Shown in pieces: positions 47,021 through 57,059 of a stretch of DNA of 64,000 nucleotides; within the stretch, counting starts at the first letter, position 1, and each line of letters begins with the position of its first letter. The stretch spans positions 161,728-225,727 of the forward strand of contig JAIPGM010000001.1 in the NCBI GenBank assembly GCA_021735655.1, written 5' to 3'. The translations under genes were made by a program, and so were the position numbers. This DNA comes from Candidatus Omnitrophota bacterium. GTDB taxonomy: Bacteria; Omnitrophota; Gorgyraeia; Duberdicusellales; 4484-171. The notes beneath the pieces were generated by a model that saw only the letters and a program-made list of their open reading frames with translations, made no database searches and was not told the origin of the DNA.

Positions 47021-47839
47021 TTGAATATGGCGGGTAAAGTGGGTGCTATCGATTTTCAATTATTTTTAAGAAAAATCAGCCTTGAGCGTTTTTTTCAAAG
47101 TTTTTATTATTTTAAATGGTTGGAATACCCTTTAGTCTACAATAACCTTGAACTAAAAGCAGGTGAACAGTATCTCGATATCGGTAGTGGAAAGTCCATT
47201 TTTCCTCTATTTGTCGTAGCGAAAAATAACTGTAACGTGCACGTATTTGATGATCAGTCCATTATAAAAGACAGTATTACTTATTATCAGAGCAATATTA
47301 GAAAGATGGGGTTATGCAATATTTCTGGAAAAAATTTCTTGATTCACGAAGCTACAGAGAAAGGACAGCTCGATTTTCCTGATAATTACTTTGATAGAGT
47401 TTCTTGTATTTCGGTATTAGAGCATATTAAGGGCAATGGTGATAGTGTAATGATGCAGGAAATATCAAGAATTTTAAAAAAAGGCGGGAGGGCTGTGATA
47501 ACTTTTCCGTTTAATGGCAAGGATTATATAGAAGAAGATAACCCAGAAGGGGTAGGATATTTCCAGCGGAAGTATAGTGTAGCGGCGATTAAAGAGCGGA
47601 TAATTGATCCAGCCAATTTAAAGGTTAAGAAGGTTATATATTTTGGAGAACGTTATATAAGTTTTGGGGAACAATACTTGCAGAATAAATTTAGAAAAAT
47701 AAATTGGCTCATACCTTTATTCGCGCCTATTTTATGGAGGGTGTGCCATTATTATGAAGGTGAATATCGCAATTTTTATGAGCGAGCAATAGATAAAAAA
47801 GGTACTGGCGTAGCGTGTATTGTTTTTGATAAGATTTGA
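47021..47839 (+). CDS. Class I SAM-dependent methyltransferase
   Basis: Motif I YLDIGSGKS, then ISVLEHI and LKKGGRAVITFP. The track start is a TTG at 47021; an ATG at 47027 is an alternative. Confidence 0.7.
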   Translation: MNMAGKVGAIDFQLFLRKISLERFFQSFYYFKWLEYPLVYNNLELKAGEQYLDIGSGKSIFPLFVVAKNNCNVHVFDDQSIIKDSITYYQSNIRKMGLCNISGKNFLIHEATEKGQLDFPDNYFDRVSCISVLEHIKGNGDSVMMQEISRILKKGGRAVITFPFNGKDYIEEDNPEGVGYFQRKYSVAAIKERIIDPANLKVKKVIYFGERYISFGEQYLQNKFRKINWLIPLFAPILWRVCHYYEGEYRNFYERAIDKKGTGVACIVFDKI

Positions 47840-47864
47840 ATAAGCAAAATTGTGAAAATTTAAG

Positions 47865-48737
47865 ATGCTGACTTTTCCTAAATATCTTTCAATCCAAACT
47901 ACTTCTCTATGCAATGCTTCTTGTGTATTTTGTCCCTATAAAGATATAAAAGATGTAAGGTTCAAGACAATAATGGATAGAGGCCTTTATGAAAAAGTTA
48001 TTAATGAATGCAGTAACCATAAAGATATTGAATGCATTATAGTTTACATGAATAACGAGCCCTTAACTGATCCTTGCATAGTTGAGAGAATAAATTATGC
48101 CAAAGATAAAGTTCCTTGGGCTAGTGTGCATATCTTGACCAATGGAGCCTTACTTAGCGATGACCTGGCTGATAAACTTATTGATTCTCGTCTAGACTGG
48201 ATCGGGGTAAGCTTTCATGGGATCAGAAAAGAAACTATAGAGCGGGCAATGGGCATTCCTTATGAGATCAGCTTGAAGAGAATAACCAATTTTATCGAAA
48301 AAGCAAAAGCGAAGAAAAATATAAAGAACTATTTTATGCTAACTTTTTTGCGCCATGTATATTTGACTCCTCAAGAGCGGGAAGAGGCTATTAGTTTTTG
48401 GAGAAAACTGGGGATAGAAAGAATAAGCTATTTTGACGGGCCCATATCTCGGGCCAGCAATGTAACTAATTTACCAAAAGTCTACCATCAAGGCAAGATC
48501 AGTGGATGTAATTCTATCTGGGCTGATGAGATGCTTCATGTGGTAGAGGATGGTAAGGTTATTTTGTGCTGCATGGATTGGCGAAGAGAAGTAATTTTAG
48601 GCGACCTAAACAAACAAAGCATCCATGAAATATGGAATGGCAAAAGAAGAAAGATTTGGGATATGATTCGTGGAACAGGAGAGGTTCCTGAAGGATTTTT
48701 GTGCCGCAGGTGCGAAGAGGCTAAGCAAGAGATTTAA
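47865..48737 (+). CDS. Radical SAM protein with C-terminal SPASM/twitch-like Cys cluster
   Basis: CNASCVFC at 47910-47933, and C-terminal CNSIW...LCCMDW...FLCRRCEEA. Confidence 0.75.
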   Translation: MLTFPKYLSIQTTSLCNASCVFCPYKDIKDVRFKTIMDRGLYEKVINECSNHKDIECIIVYMNNEPLTDPCIVERINYAKDKVPWASVHILTNGALLSDDLADKLIDSRLDWIGVSFHGIRKETIERAMGIPYEISLKRITNFIEKAKAKKNIKNYFMLTFLRHVYLTPQEREEAISFWRKLGIERISYFDGPISRASNVTNLPKVYHQGKISGCNSIWADEMLHVVEDGKVILCCMDWRREVILGDLNKQSIHEIWNGKRRKIWDMIRGTGEVPEGFLCRRCEEAKQEI

Positions 48738-48740
48738 AGG

Positions 48741-50909
48741 ATGCTCATGAAAAATGAAAATTGCGAATTAATTTTTGTAATGACTCCGCCTTGGCAGACA
48801 AAGATGCCGCCTTTAGGCTTGGCCTATTTAGCCAGTTTTTTGAAGTCAAACAATATTAACGTAGATGTCATAGATTTGAATGTGGATCTTTTTAATAATG
48901 CTCAAGAATGCCATAAATATTTTTGGGATATAGAAACAATAAGTAATTTTGGTTCGCTTCGGATTGCCCAAGATTTTATTAAGGCATTCAATAAAGAACT
49001 TGAAAATTTTGTTGATCGAATCTGTAGTCATCCTGCAAAGTTGGTCGGTTTTTCTACTACGGTAGCTAGTATAAATATCGCCACCTACCTTACTCATCGG
49101 ATAAAATCAAAAGATCCTTCGAAAATAATTATTTTAGGCGGGCCAGGATGTTTTTTGGATACTTGCAATATAGATCCTGAAAGGGTGGTAGATATTTTTG
49201 TCATTGGCGACGGAGAGCTGCCTTTATTGGATATAGTTAAAAGATTTAAAGATAAACAGTCTTTGTCTGATTTGTTGGAGGTTCCTGGGACAATAATTTG
49301 TCTAGATAAGAAATATCATGACTTTTCACCGGCGAATCCTGTTAAGCAGATAAACGATATTCCTTTTCCTACTTTTTCGGAGTTCGAGCTGGATGAATAC
49401 CATAAAGAACATGTTTACAAACCAATTCCAATTATTACCAGCAGAGGCTGTATAAATAAATGCAGTTTTTGCGTAGACCATAAGCTCAGTAATCCTTTTA
49501 GATTTCGAAATCCGCACAAAATATTTGAAGAGATAAAATACCATGTAGAAAATAATTGTAAAAAAGAGTTTGAGTATAACGATCTACTATGTAATGGAAA
49601 TTTAAAGCAATTGGAGCAGCTTTGCGACCTGATCATTGAAAGCGGCCTGTCTATAAAATGGACAAGCTATGCGGCCATAAGGAAAGGTATGAGTTTAGAG
49701 TTATTTCAGAAGATGCAGAAGGCGGGATGCAGATTTTTATGTTATGGTATGGAGTCAGCTTCAGATTTAGTTTTAGATAAGATGAATAAAAGATATAATT
49801 CTCATACGGCAGAGGATGTTATTAGAAAAACCCATTCCTCAGGTATCGAGACAGGAATCAACATTATAGTTGGCCACCCCGGTGAGTCGAATAAAGAATT
49901 TAACCAAACTTATAGATTTATCAAAAGAAACAAAGACTACATTGATCAAATCACAAACCTGTCTACTTGTTTTTTAATACCGACTTCGGATTTAGCTGAG
50001 AATATGAGCAATTTCGGTATTTATTTTTATTCTCCTTTGAAAAGGATGCCAAAATTCTTATTTCGAAATAAAGAGCTTGAGCCTAATTATGAAAATTTCT
50101 GCGCCTATCCTCATAATACTCCTGCGATTAGAGCAAAACGAGCCAGAAAAATTATAACTCTTGCTTCAAAGATAGCTATACCGATTACTATTTTGAACTA
50201 TCAAAAGCAGCACGATATGGGTATGGGGGATTTTCTAGTCCAAACTCAAGAAGCGGAAAAAGTTTTTCGTTGTAAGAAGTTAAAGATAGACTTTAGTCAA
50301 AAAGGAAGCGGTAGGTTATATTATGACAATAAGGCCTTAACTAAAGACGTAGGCCTAAATGCTTCCTTTCATGCCAATGGGCGATGGTTTGATTCTTCTT
50401 CGGCAAAGTGTCGGGTAGCCAGATCCAACAGAGGCTTGGAAATAAGAATGAGTTGGCCGGAGATTTCTTTGTTTCAATGCTGGACGATAAAAACAGAAGG
50501 TGATTCTTCTGTCGAATGGCGGGTAAAAACAGAGTTTAAAAGGTCTTTGGAGCTATCTCAATATAAGATCGGCATTATCTTGTCACAGGAATACGATAGT
50601 TGCCAAGTTAATGGTGAAGAACACCGATTCTCCGATAATTTTACCGAGAACTGGGAGGAAGCATTGTTTTTGAAGCTTGATTCGATAAGCATCGGCTCTA
50701 AGGGATTTTTACCGATGATGACCCTGAAGGAAGAATCCAAGGGTGGTGTGTTCGTGCAGGTCCATAATACCCCGCTTCACTTGCATACTCGAATGATTAA
50801 TTTTTGCCGTTTTGGCGAGAACCTTAAAGATGACCACAGCACTGAATCTTTATTGATCAAAAAAGGTGATGTTTGGAAAAATAAGCTAAAAATAAAATTA
50901 AAGGTTTAA
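48741..50909 (+). CDS. B12-binding-domain radical SAM enzyme (class B) with C-terminal copy of the Wzt-tail domain
   Basis: The N-terminal LIFVMTPPWQTKMPPLGLAYLASFL is B12-domain type. CINKCSFC is at 49449-49472. The C-terminal domain (about 50265-50906) is LKIDFSQKGSGRLYYDNKALTKDVGLNASF..W.DS...FQCWTIK...SVEWRV. Confidence 0.8.
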   Translation: MLMKNENCELIFVMTPPWQTKMPPLGLAYLASFLKSNNINVDVIDLNVDLFNNAQECHKYFWDIETISNFGSLRIAQDFIKAFNKELENFVDRICSHPAKLVGFSTTVASINIATYLTHRIKSKDPSKIIILGGPGCFLDTCNIDPERVVDIFVIGDGELPLLDIVKRFKDKQSLSDLLEVPGTIICLDKKYHDFSPANPVKQINDIPFPTFSEFELDEYHKEHVYKPIPIITSRGCINKCSFCVDHKLSNPFRFRNPHKIFEEIKYHVENNCKKEFEYNDLLCNGNLKQLEQLCDLIIESGLSIKWTSYAAIRKGMSLELFQKMQKAGCRFLCYGMESASDLVLDKMNKRYNSHTAEDVIRKTHSSGIETGINIIVGHPGESNKEFNQTYRFIKRNKDYIDQITNLSTCFLIPTSDLAENMSNFGIYFYSPLKRMPKFLFRNKELEPNYENFCAYPHNTPAIRAKRARKIITLASKIAIPITILNYQKQHDMGMGDFLVQTQEAEKVFRCKKLKIDFSQKGSGRLYYDNKALTKDVGLNASFHANGRWFDSSSAKCRVARSNRGLEIRMSWPEISLFQCWTIKTEGDSSVEWRVKTEFKRSLELSQYKIGIILSQEYDSCQVNGEEHRFSDNFTENWEEALFLKLDSISIGSKGFLPMMTLKEESKGGVFVQVHNTPLHLHTRMINFCRFGENLKDDHSTESLLIKKGDVWKNKLKIKLKV

Positions 50910-50919
50910 AAATTTACAT

Positions 50920-53900
50920 ATGAATCTAACAGATAAAATTTTATTAGTGGGTCTTGCTCCTTGGGGAGTAGATACGCCACCCCTAGCCTTAGCTTGTTTA
51001 AGTACCTCTTTGAGGAATGCAAATATTAGCACTGAAGTATTTGATATGAATATTGAGCTTTACAATGCCGTTAATGAGCAAAGTAAATATTTGTGGAGTA
51101 TGAATTATTCTCATTGGTGGCGAGAGCCAGAAAGATATTCTGATATTAGAAAGGAATTAGATGTTTACATAGAACCTTTAATAAAGAAAATTTTAAGTTT
51201 TAAGCATAAGATAGTTGGCTTTTCACTTTCTACTAATTGCTCTGACCTTTTGTTGGAGGAGATAGTAAAAAGAATAAAAACTAGCGATCCCGATAAGGTA
51301 ATAATTCTAGGTGGTGTTTCAATTTCAATAAATGAGCAGAGAAATGATTTAATTAGGAAGTTAAGGACGCAGATAGATTACTGTGTGATTGGAGAAGGAG
51401 AAGAGGTACTTGTCGAATTGGTAAAGAAAATAGCTAGCAATAAGCTAGAAGATATAGGTCGATTGCCAGGCATAATTAAGAAGGGTGAGTTTGAAGGAGT
51501 TAAACAGAGGGCAGAGATCAAAGATTTTAATTCGCTGCCATTTCCTACATTTGAAGAATTCAATTTAAAAAAATATAAAGCACCCGTGAGCTTACCTATG
51601 GAATTTTCTCGTGGCTGCGTAGGTAGTTGTCCTTTCTGCGATTTTAAAAGCGTTTCTTCTGCCTTTAAGTCAAAAGCACCTTATTATATTATAAGCCAGA
51701 TAAAATTCTATAAAGAAAAATACAATATTATTCATATGAGCCTATCTGACCCAGCAGTAAATGGAGATATTAGGGTTCTTGAGCAAATATGTGATTTATT
51801 AATCGAAGCTAACCTTTCTGTAAATATAAATTCTCTGGCAATTCCCCGCAAGGAAATGACCTTAGAACTATTAGAGAGAATGAAGAAAGCAGGTTTTTAT
51901 CGTTTGGAGTATGGTCTAGAGAGCGGTTCGAATAAGATTCTCAAAGCAATGAGGAAAATATTTACTGTCGAAATTGCCGAGAAAGTTATCCGAGATACTT
52001 ATCAAGCAGGGATAAAAACATATCTCTATTTAATTGTGGGTTATCCACAGGAGACAGAGGATGATCTCAATCAGACCAAAGATTTTTTGAATAGAAACCG
52101 TCAGTATATTTCCATGATAAAGTCTATCAACCCTCTTTATGTAATGGCCGGTTCAGAGATATTTTGCAATCCCGATAAATATCAAGTCACATTACCGGCT
52201 AAAGATAGTGACAAGAGATGGTTTATTGGTGATAAGAATACATATTCTTTGCGAAAAGCCCGGATATTTGAACTTAAAAAAGTAGTTGCTAGTTTAAATA
52301 TTCCCTTTACCGAAGAGGCGGAATCTTTAGAGTTTACTGGAAACTCTTTAAATAAACAACAAGGAATCGTTGTAGGTGGAGGCAATCCATACGATAAAGA
52401 TGAGTCAACTACAGAAAATAAAATTATGTCTAGAGGATATGCAGAACAAAAAACAGATAAATATAGAGATAGTTTTTTATTAATTAATTTGCCCCCTTGG
52501 GGTCAAGAAAATCCTCATATCGGAGTAGGCTATGTGTGTAGCTATCTTCGTCATAAAGGCTTTAAGCCATCGGTCTTAGACTTGAATAAGAAATTTTATT
52601 TGAGTCAGCCAAATTTTCAAATGCTCTGGCATGTAGAAAATAAAAACTTTTGGTCAAATCAAGATTCTTTTCCTTTGATTTTAAAATTATTTAAGAAGGA
52701 AATAGATAAGGCAATAAATGATATTTTGTCTTCAGGTTGCAGCCTATTAGGTTTCTCGGTAGTTGACCCTAAAGAAAAAATAACTATAGAGTTCATTAGG
52801 AGAATAAAACGTAGGGATAAAAGTAAAAAGATAATTTTAGGTGGTCCGGCAACTTCTACTTATGAGCAGAGAAAGATATTTTTGGATAATGTTGAGGAAG
52901 AGATAGATACTTTTGTGATCGGCGAAGGCGAGCAAACTTTGTTTAAGGTAGTAGACCGAATTTTAAAGAAAAAAGAGCTTAAAGGTATCGAGGGTTGTTG
53001 CAGCCGGGATAATGGTAAGTGGGTTTGTCGAGAAAGCGGTGAGATTGTTTCTTTAGATAAGATTCCTTTCCCGACCTATGAGGAATTTGATTTGAGTCTA
53101 TACGGTAAATCTTTCCTTGTTGAATGGTCAAGAGGCTGTAGGAGTAAATGCGCTTTTTGCAAAAATTATCGGCTTTTTTCTTCTTATCGGTCAAAGTCAG
53201 CTGAATCGGTTATGAAGGAATTGAGATATCATAAGCAAAAGTATAATGTAGATGAATTCACTGTAGTCGATAATATTTTGAATGGTGATCTAAATACCTT
53301 GAATGATATTTGCGACAGGATAATAAAGGAAAATCTTCAAATTAGATGGACTGGGCAAATTGCCCCCCGCAAAGATATGAATTTTGAATATTTCCAAAAA
53401 ATGAAGCAGGCCGGATGTTTTAAACTTCAAATTGGCCTTGAGTCTGGTTCGAACAAGGTGTTAAAGTTAATGCATAAGAGCTTTACGGCAGAGATTTCTG
53501 AAAAAAATATAATTTTTGCTAAGAAAGCAGGCATTGAGACAGAAATTTTTACAATGATTGGTTTTCCCGGGGAGGCTGAGAAAGATTTTCAAGAAACTTA
53601 CGATTTTATAAAAAGAAATGCAAAATATCTGGATACCATAAAATCGATAAACACCTTACATCTAATAGCCGGAACTGAAATCTATGAGCAGAGAGAGCGT
53701 TTTAAAATAAAGCCTTTACCTCAAGAAAACTGGCATTATTTATGGGAAACTTATGAGGGAAATACATACAAGGTACGGGAAGAAAGAGCTAAGCGTATTC
53801 TAGGGTTAGCTTGCGATCTTAAGATTAAAGTTATGGAGACTAATATTATAGAGGGAAAAGAGCAAAAAGTTTTGCTTGAAAATCTCGGCTTATTGGAAAA

Positions 53901-54078
53901 ATCCCTGAATTCTTTGCAAGAGTTACCAGAAAAAGAAGAATTTAAGCTAAAAAGAAGAAATATTAATAAATGGTTAATCCTGATTTTTGTTTCTTTTTAC
54001 ACATTTTTTTATATTATTTATTTTTGGGTATTTATGATTTTTAGAAATAAAGTTCTCTTGGGGGGAAGAAAAAAGTGA
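50920..54078 (+). CDS. Double-module B12-binding radical SAM fusion protein with C-terminal transmembrane helix
   Basis: Module 1 (50920 to about 52360) has CVGSCPFC at 51616-51639. Module 2 (about 52473-53900) has CRSKCAFC at 53137-53160. Both open with a B12-domain-like LxxPPWG...P.lG motif. The C-terminal WLILIFVSFYTFFYIIYFWVFMIF is a TM helix. Confidence 0.8.
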   Translation: MNLTDKILLVGLAPWGVDTPPLALACLSTSLRNANISTEVFDMNIELYNAVNEQSKYLWSMNYSHWWREPERYSDIRKELDVYIEPLIKKILSFKHKIVGFSLSTNCSDLLLEEIVKRIKTSDPDKVIILGGVSISINEQRNDLIRKLRTQIDYCVIGEGEEVLVELVKKIASNKLEDIGRLPGIIKKGEFEGVKQRAEIKDFNSLPFPTFEEFNLKKYKAPVSLPMEFSRGCVGSCPFCDFKSVSSAFKSKAPYYIISQIKFYKEKYNIIHMSLSDPAVNGDIRVLEQICDLLIEANLSVNINSLAIPRKEMTLELLERMKKAGFYRLEYGLESGSNKILKAMRKIFTVEIAEKVIRDTYQAGIKTYLYLIVGYPQETEDDLNQTKDFLNRNRQYISMIKSINPLYVMAGSEIFCNPDKYQVTLPAKDSDKRWFIGDKNTYSLRKARIFELKKVVASLNIPFTEEAESLEFTGNSLNKQQGIVVGGGNPYDKDESTTENKIMSRGYAEQKTDKYRDSFLLINLPPWGQENPHIGVGYVCSYLRHKGFKPSVLDLNKKFYLSQPNFQMLWHVENKNFWSNQDSFPLILKLFKKEIDKAINDILSSGCSLLGFSVVDPKEKITIEFIRRIKRRDKSKKIILGGPATSTYEQRKIFLDNVEEEIDTFVIGEGEQTLFKVVDRILKKKELKGIEGCCSRDNGKWVCRESGEIVSLDKIPFPTYEEFDLSLYGKSFLVEWSRGCRSKCAFCKNYRLFSSYRSKSAESVMKELRYHKQKYNVDEFTVVDNILNGDLNTLNDICDRIIKENLQIRWTGQIAPRKDMNFEYFQKMKQAGCFKLQIGLESGSNKVLKLMHKSFTAEISEKNIIFAKKAGIETEIFTMIGFPGEAEKDFQETYDFIKRNAKYLDTIKSINTLHLIAGTEIYEQRERFKIKPLPQENWHYLWETYEGNTYKVREERAKRILGLACDLKIKVMETNIIEGKEQKVLLENLGLLEKSLNSLQELPEKEEFKLKRRNINKWLILIFVSFYTFFYIIYFWVFMIFRNKVLLGGRKK

Positions 54079-55235
54079 AAATACTAATGGTGCACCCCCA
54101 TGATTTATTTGATCGGTCTGAACCTTGGACGATAAGAATTAAGAGTATAGCCAGAGAATTTGAGAAAAAGGATCACAAGGTTAAATTGTGTTATTTCCCT
54201 TTAACTATAAATGAAAAACATTATCCTAAAAATATGGGATCTATAGAACTGATCCCCTTAGATCGAACACCTTCTCCGAAAGCTTTTATTATAAATATAA
54301 TTAAACTTATAAAATTGTGTAAATGGGCGAATATCGTCCACTTGCAGAAATGTCATCATTACTCTTCAATCCCTACGGTAATTGCTGCCTATATTGCCGC
54401 TAAGCCTCTTCATTATGACTGGGATGATTGGGAGGAGAAAATTTGGTATGAATCCTGCGGTAGAGGTTTACATTCCCGTTTCATCGGTTTTTCATTTAAA
54501 GTATTAGAGAGATGGCTTCCGGTTTTAGCTGATTCAACTTCTTGTGCTAGCAAGTGTTTGAGAAACTTAACTTATAAGTTTGGAGTAAAAAAAGAATACA
54601 TATTTGATACTCCGGTAGGAGCTGATCTAGATAAATTTAAGCCTAGCCTAAATGGTCAATGGGTTAAGAAAAAATTCAATATTAGTTCAGATTTAGTTTT
54701 ATATATTGGTCAGTTACACGGAGCCCAATACGTAGATATATTTATAAAAGCGGCCAATATCCTTTCTTCTGAGCGGCCGGATGTCAAATTTATGATTGTT
54801 GGTGAAGGTTTTTCGGAACATTCATTGAAACAGCTTACTTATGATTTAGGCTTAAAAGATAAAGTTATTTTTACCGGGAGCATACCTTATGGTGATATTC
54901 CCGATTATGTTAATGCTGCATCAGTATGCGTGGCACCCTTTAAAGATACTGAGGTAACTCGTTGCAAGAGTCCTTTAAAAATTGCAGAGTATTTAGCCAG
55001 CGGTAAACCAATAGTGGCAAGTTTAGTAGGTGAAGTAAGAAATATGATCGGCGGCTGTGGAGTTTTAGTCAAGCCGGGGGATCATCATTCTTTAGCTGAA
55101 GGAATTCTGCGCCTAGTTGAAGATAAAGAATTAAGAGGTAAATTATCTAAGCATGCACGTAAGCGGGCTGAGAGAAAGTATAACTGGACCAACACGGCAG
55201 ATTCCTTAATTTGCGCCTACAAAAAGATACTGTAA
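54075..55235 (+). CDS. GT4 family glycosyltransferase
   Basis: 386 aa with a GT-B type C-terminal domain (YIGQLHG...VGEG...SPLKIAEYLASGKPIVAS). The GTG start overlaps the upstream TGA. Confidence 0.8.
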   Translation: MKILMVHPHDLFDRSEPWTIRIKSIAREFEKKDHKVKLCYFPLTINEKHYPKNMGSIELIPLDRTPSPKAFIINIIKLIKLCKWANIVHLQKCHHYSSIPTVIAAYIAAKPLHYDWDDWEEKIWYESCGRGLHSRFIGFSFKVLERWLPVLADSTSCASKCLRNLTYKFGVKKEYIFDTPVGADLDKFKPSLNGQWVKKKFNISSDLVLYIGQLHGAQYVDIFIKAANILSSERPDVKFMIVGEGFSEHSLKQLTYDLGLKDKVIFTGSIPYGDIPDYVNAASVCVAPFKDTEVTRCKSPLKIAEYLASGKPIVASLVGEVRNMIGGCGVLVKPGDHHSLAEGILRLVEDKELRGKLSKHARKRAERKYNWTNTADSLICAYKKIL

Positions 55236-56335
55236 TGAAGTTTGTATTTATAACTCGAGAAGGCCTTGAGAATCCGGGAGCCAGAACCCGTTGTTATAGT
55301 TTATCGGCTAAACTAAGGCAAAAAGGACTAAGGGCTGATGTTTTTTCTTTTTCCGATAGGTTGGGTGCTAAATCAGGAAAAGATGAAATTGATTTTACTT
55401 TTTTTGAGAAGTTTAAGCATATTTATAAGGGATTTAAGTTACTCTCAAAAGAAAAAGATAAGCCGATCTTTATCGTAAATCGCTTTAATTATCATACAAT
55501 TCCGGCATGGCTAGTTTCTAAGCTTAAAAAGATACCTTTGGTGTTTGATATGGATGATTGGGAGGCAAGAGAAGATATAGGGTATTATTTTGGACTATTC
55601 CCTAAGTCAAAAGCCGAATACCTTGCTGGTTTATTTGCAAAGAACAGCATGTTTTGTATTGCGGCTAGTAATTATTTAAGAGATTATCTTTTGCAGTTTA
55701 ACAAGAAGGTTTATTATCTGCCCACCGGAGTAGATACTGATAAATTTAAGTCCCTTGGTCGTAAAGACAAGAAAGATTTTATTTTTTCATGGCATGGTTC
55801 GGTGAATAGGATAGAGGTTTTAAAATATATAAAATTTATCATTGATTGCTTTTTGGCTATTCGTAAAAAATATCCTTTTATTAAGCTGGTTATTGCCGGA
55901 GACGGTATTTTCGGAAATGAATTGCGAAAATTAGTCAAAGCTTCGAGTTCTAACAGTATAATATATGCTGGGTGGATTAATTATCGGAGTATTCCCAGTC
56001 ATCTAGATAGTATTGATGTTGGATTGGTACCGCTTTTGGATAAGACCCGGTTTAATTTATCAAAAAGCCCGGTTAAATTATTTGAATATATGGCTATGGC
56101 CAAGCCAACCATCTCTAGTAATATCGGAGAAGCAGCCAGTATTATTGATAATGGCGAGAATGGATTTTTAGCTGGAACCGAGGAAGAATTTTTAGAAAGG
56201 ATGGAAGCTCTGATTAAAGATAAAGATTTGGGTAAAAAGATAGGGGATAATGCTCGTAAAACAGTAGAGAAGCAATACTCTTTAGATGTCGTTAGTGAAT
56301 CAGCCTATGAAATATTGGCTGGTATCAATGCTTAG
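55235..56335 (+). CDS. GT4 family glycosyltransferase
   Basis: MKFVFITREG...SWHGSVN...IAGDG...SPVKLFEYMAMAKPTISS. The track begins at a TTG (55211). The ATG at 55235 forms a TAATG overlap with the upstream stop and is the more likely start. Confidence 0.8.
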   Translation: MKFVFITREGLENPGARTRCYSLSAKLRQKGLRADVFSFSDRLGAKSGKDEIDFTFFEKFKHIYKGFKLLSKEKDKPIFIVNRFNYHTIPAWLVSKLKKIPLVFDMDDWEAREDIGYYFGLFPKSKAEYLAGLFAKNSMFCIAASNYLRDYLLQFNKKVYYLPTGVDTDKFKSLGRKDKKDFIFSWHGSVNRIEVLKYIKFIIDCFLAIRKKYPFIKLVIAGDGIFGNELRKLVKASSSNSIIYAGWINYRSIPSHLDSIDVGLVPLLDKTRFNLSKSPVKLFEYMAMAKPTISSNIGEAASIIDNGENGFLAGTEEEFLERMEALIKDKDLGKKIGDNARKTVEKQYSLDVVSESAYEILAGINA

Positions 56336-56380
56336 AATTTTCACAGTTGCTATAACTTAAGGAATAAAGGAGAATTTGAT

Positions 56381-57058
56381 TTGGGTTATCTTGTTGAGAC
56401 GCATCAACTAACTAAAATATTTAAGCCACACAAAGGCATTGGTGAGAAGCTTAGAGGCTCAGCAGCTCGAACCGAGGTAAAGGCTGTAGATAGAGTTAGT
56501 TTTTCTTTAGAAGCAGGTTCCACCATGGCTATTATGGGTCCTAATGCTGCCGGAAAAACAACTCTTTTAAAACTAATCGCTTCTTTAATTATTCCAACCA
56601 GTGGTCGGATTTCGGTTAAAGGTACAATTGGTTTGGTTACCGGGGAAGAGAGGAGTTTTTACTGGCGCTTGAGCGGTCAGCAGAATTTAGAGTTTTTTGC
56701 TGCTTTGTACGGTTTGGGAAAATCCGAAGCCAAGAGGCGAATCCAGCAGTTGGTTGAATTGCTGGGCATCGAGGATATGAGTGATGTTCTGGTTCAAGAG
56801 TATTCCTCGGGATACAAACAGAGGCTGGCTATTGCTAGAGGATTATTGCATGATCCGGATATCTTGCTTTTAGATGAACCCACTAAAAATTTGGATTCTT
56901 CTCACGCTGAACATTTAAGAATTTTTATAAGAGAAAACTTAGGTAAAGAAAGCAAAAAGACAGTTATTTTTACTAGTCATAACTTAGAGGAAGCTTCGTT
57001 TTTAGCGAATAAATTAGCAGTAATGGATAAGGGTTGCCTAAGGCAACAGGATAGTTGA
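56381..57058 (+). CDS. ABC transporter ATP-binding protein (ABC-2 subfamily)
   Basis: Walker A GPNAAGKTT, signature YSSGYKQRLAIA, Walker B LLLDEPTKNLD. The TTG start is preceded by AAAGGAG at 56366-56372. Confidence 0.85.
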   Translation: MGYLVETHQLTKIFKPHKGIGEKLRGSAARTEVKAVDRVSFSLEAGSTMAIMGPNAAGKTTLLKLIASLIIPTSGRISVKGTIGLVTGEERSFYWRLSGQQNLEFFAALYGLGKSEAKRRIQQLVELLGIEDMSDVLVQEYSSGYKQRLAIARGLLHDPDILLLDEPTKNLDSSHAEHLRIFIRENLGKESKKTVIFTSHNLEEASFLANKLAVMDKGCLRQQDS

Positions 57059-57059
57059 T

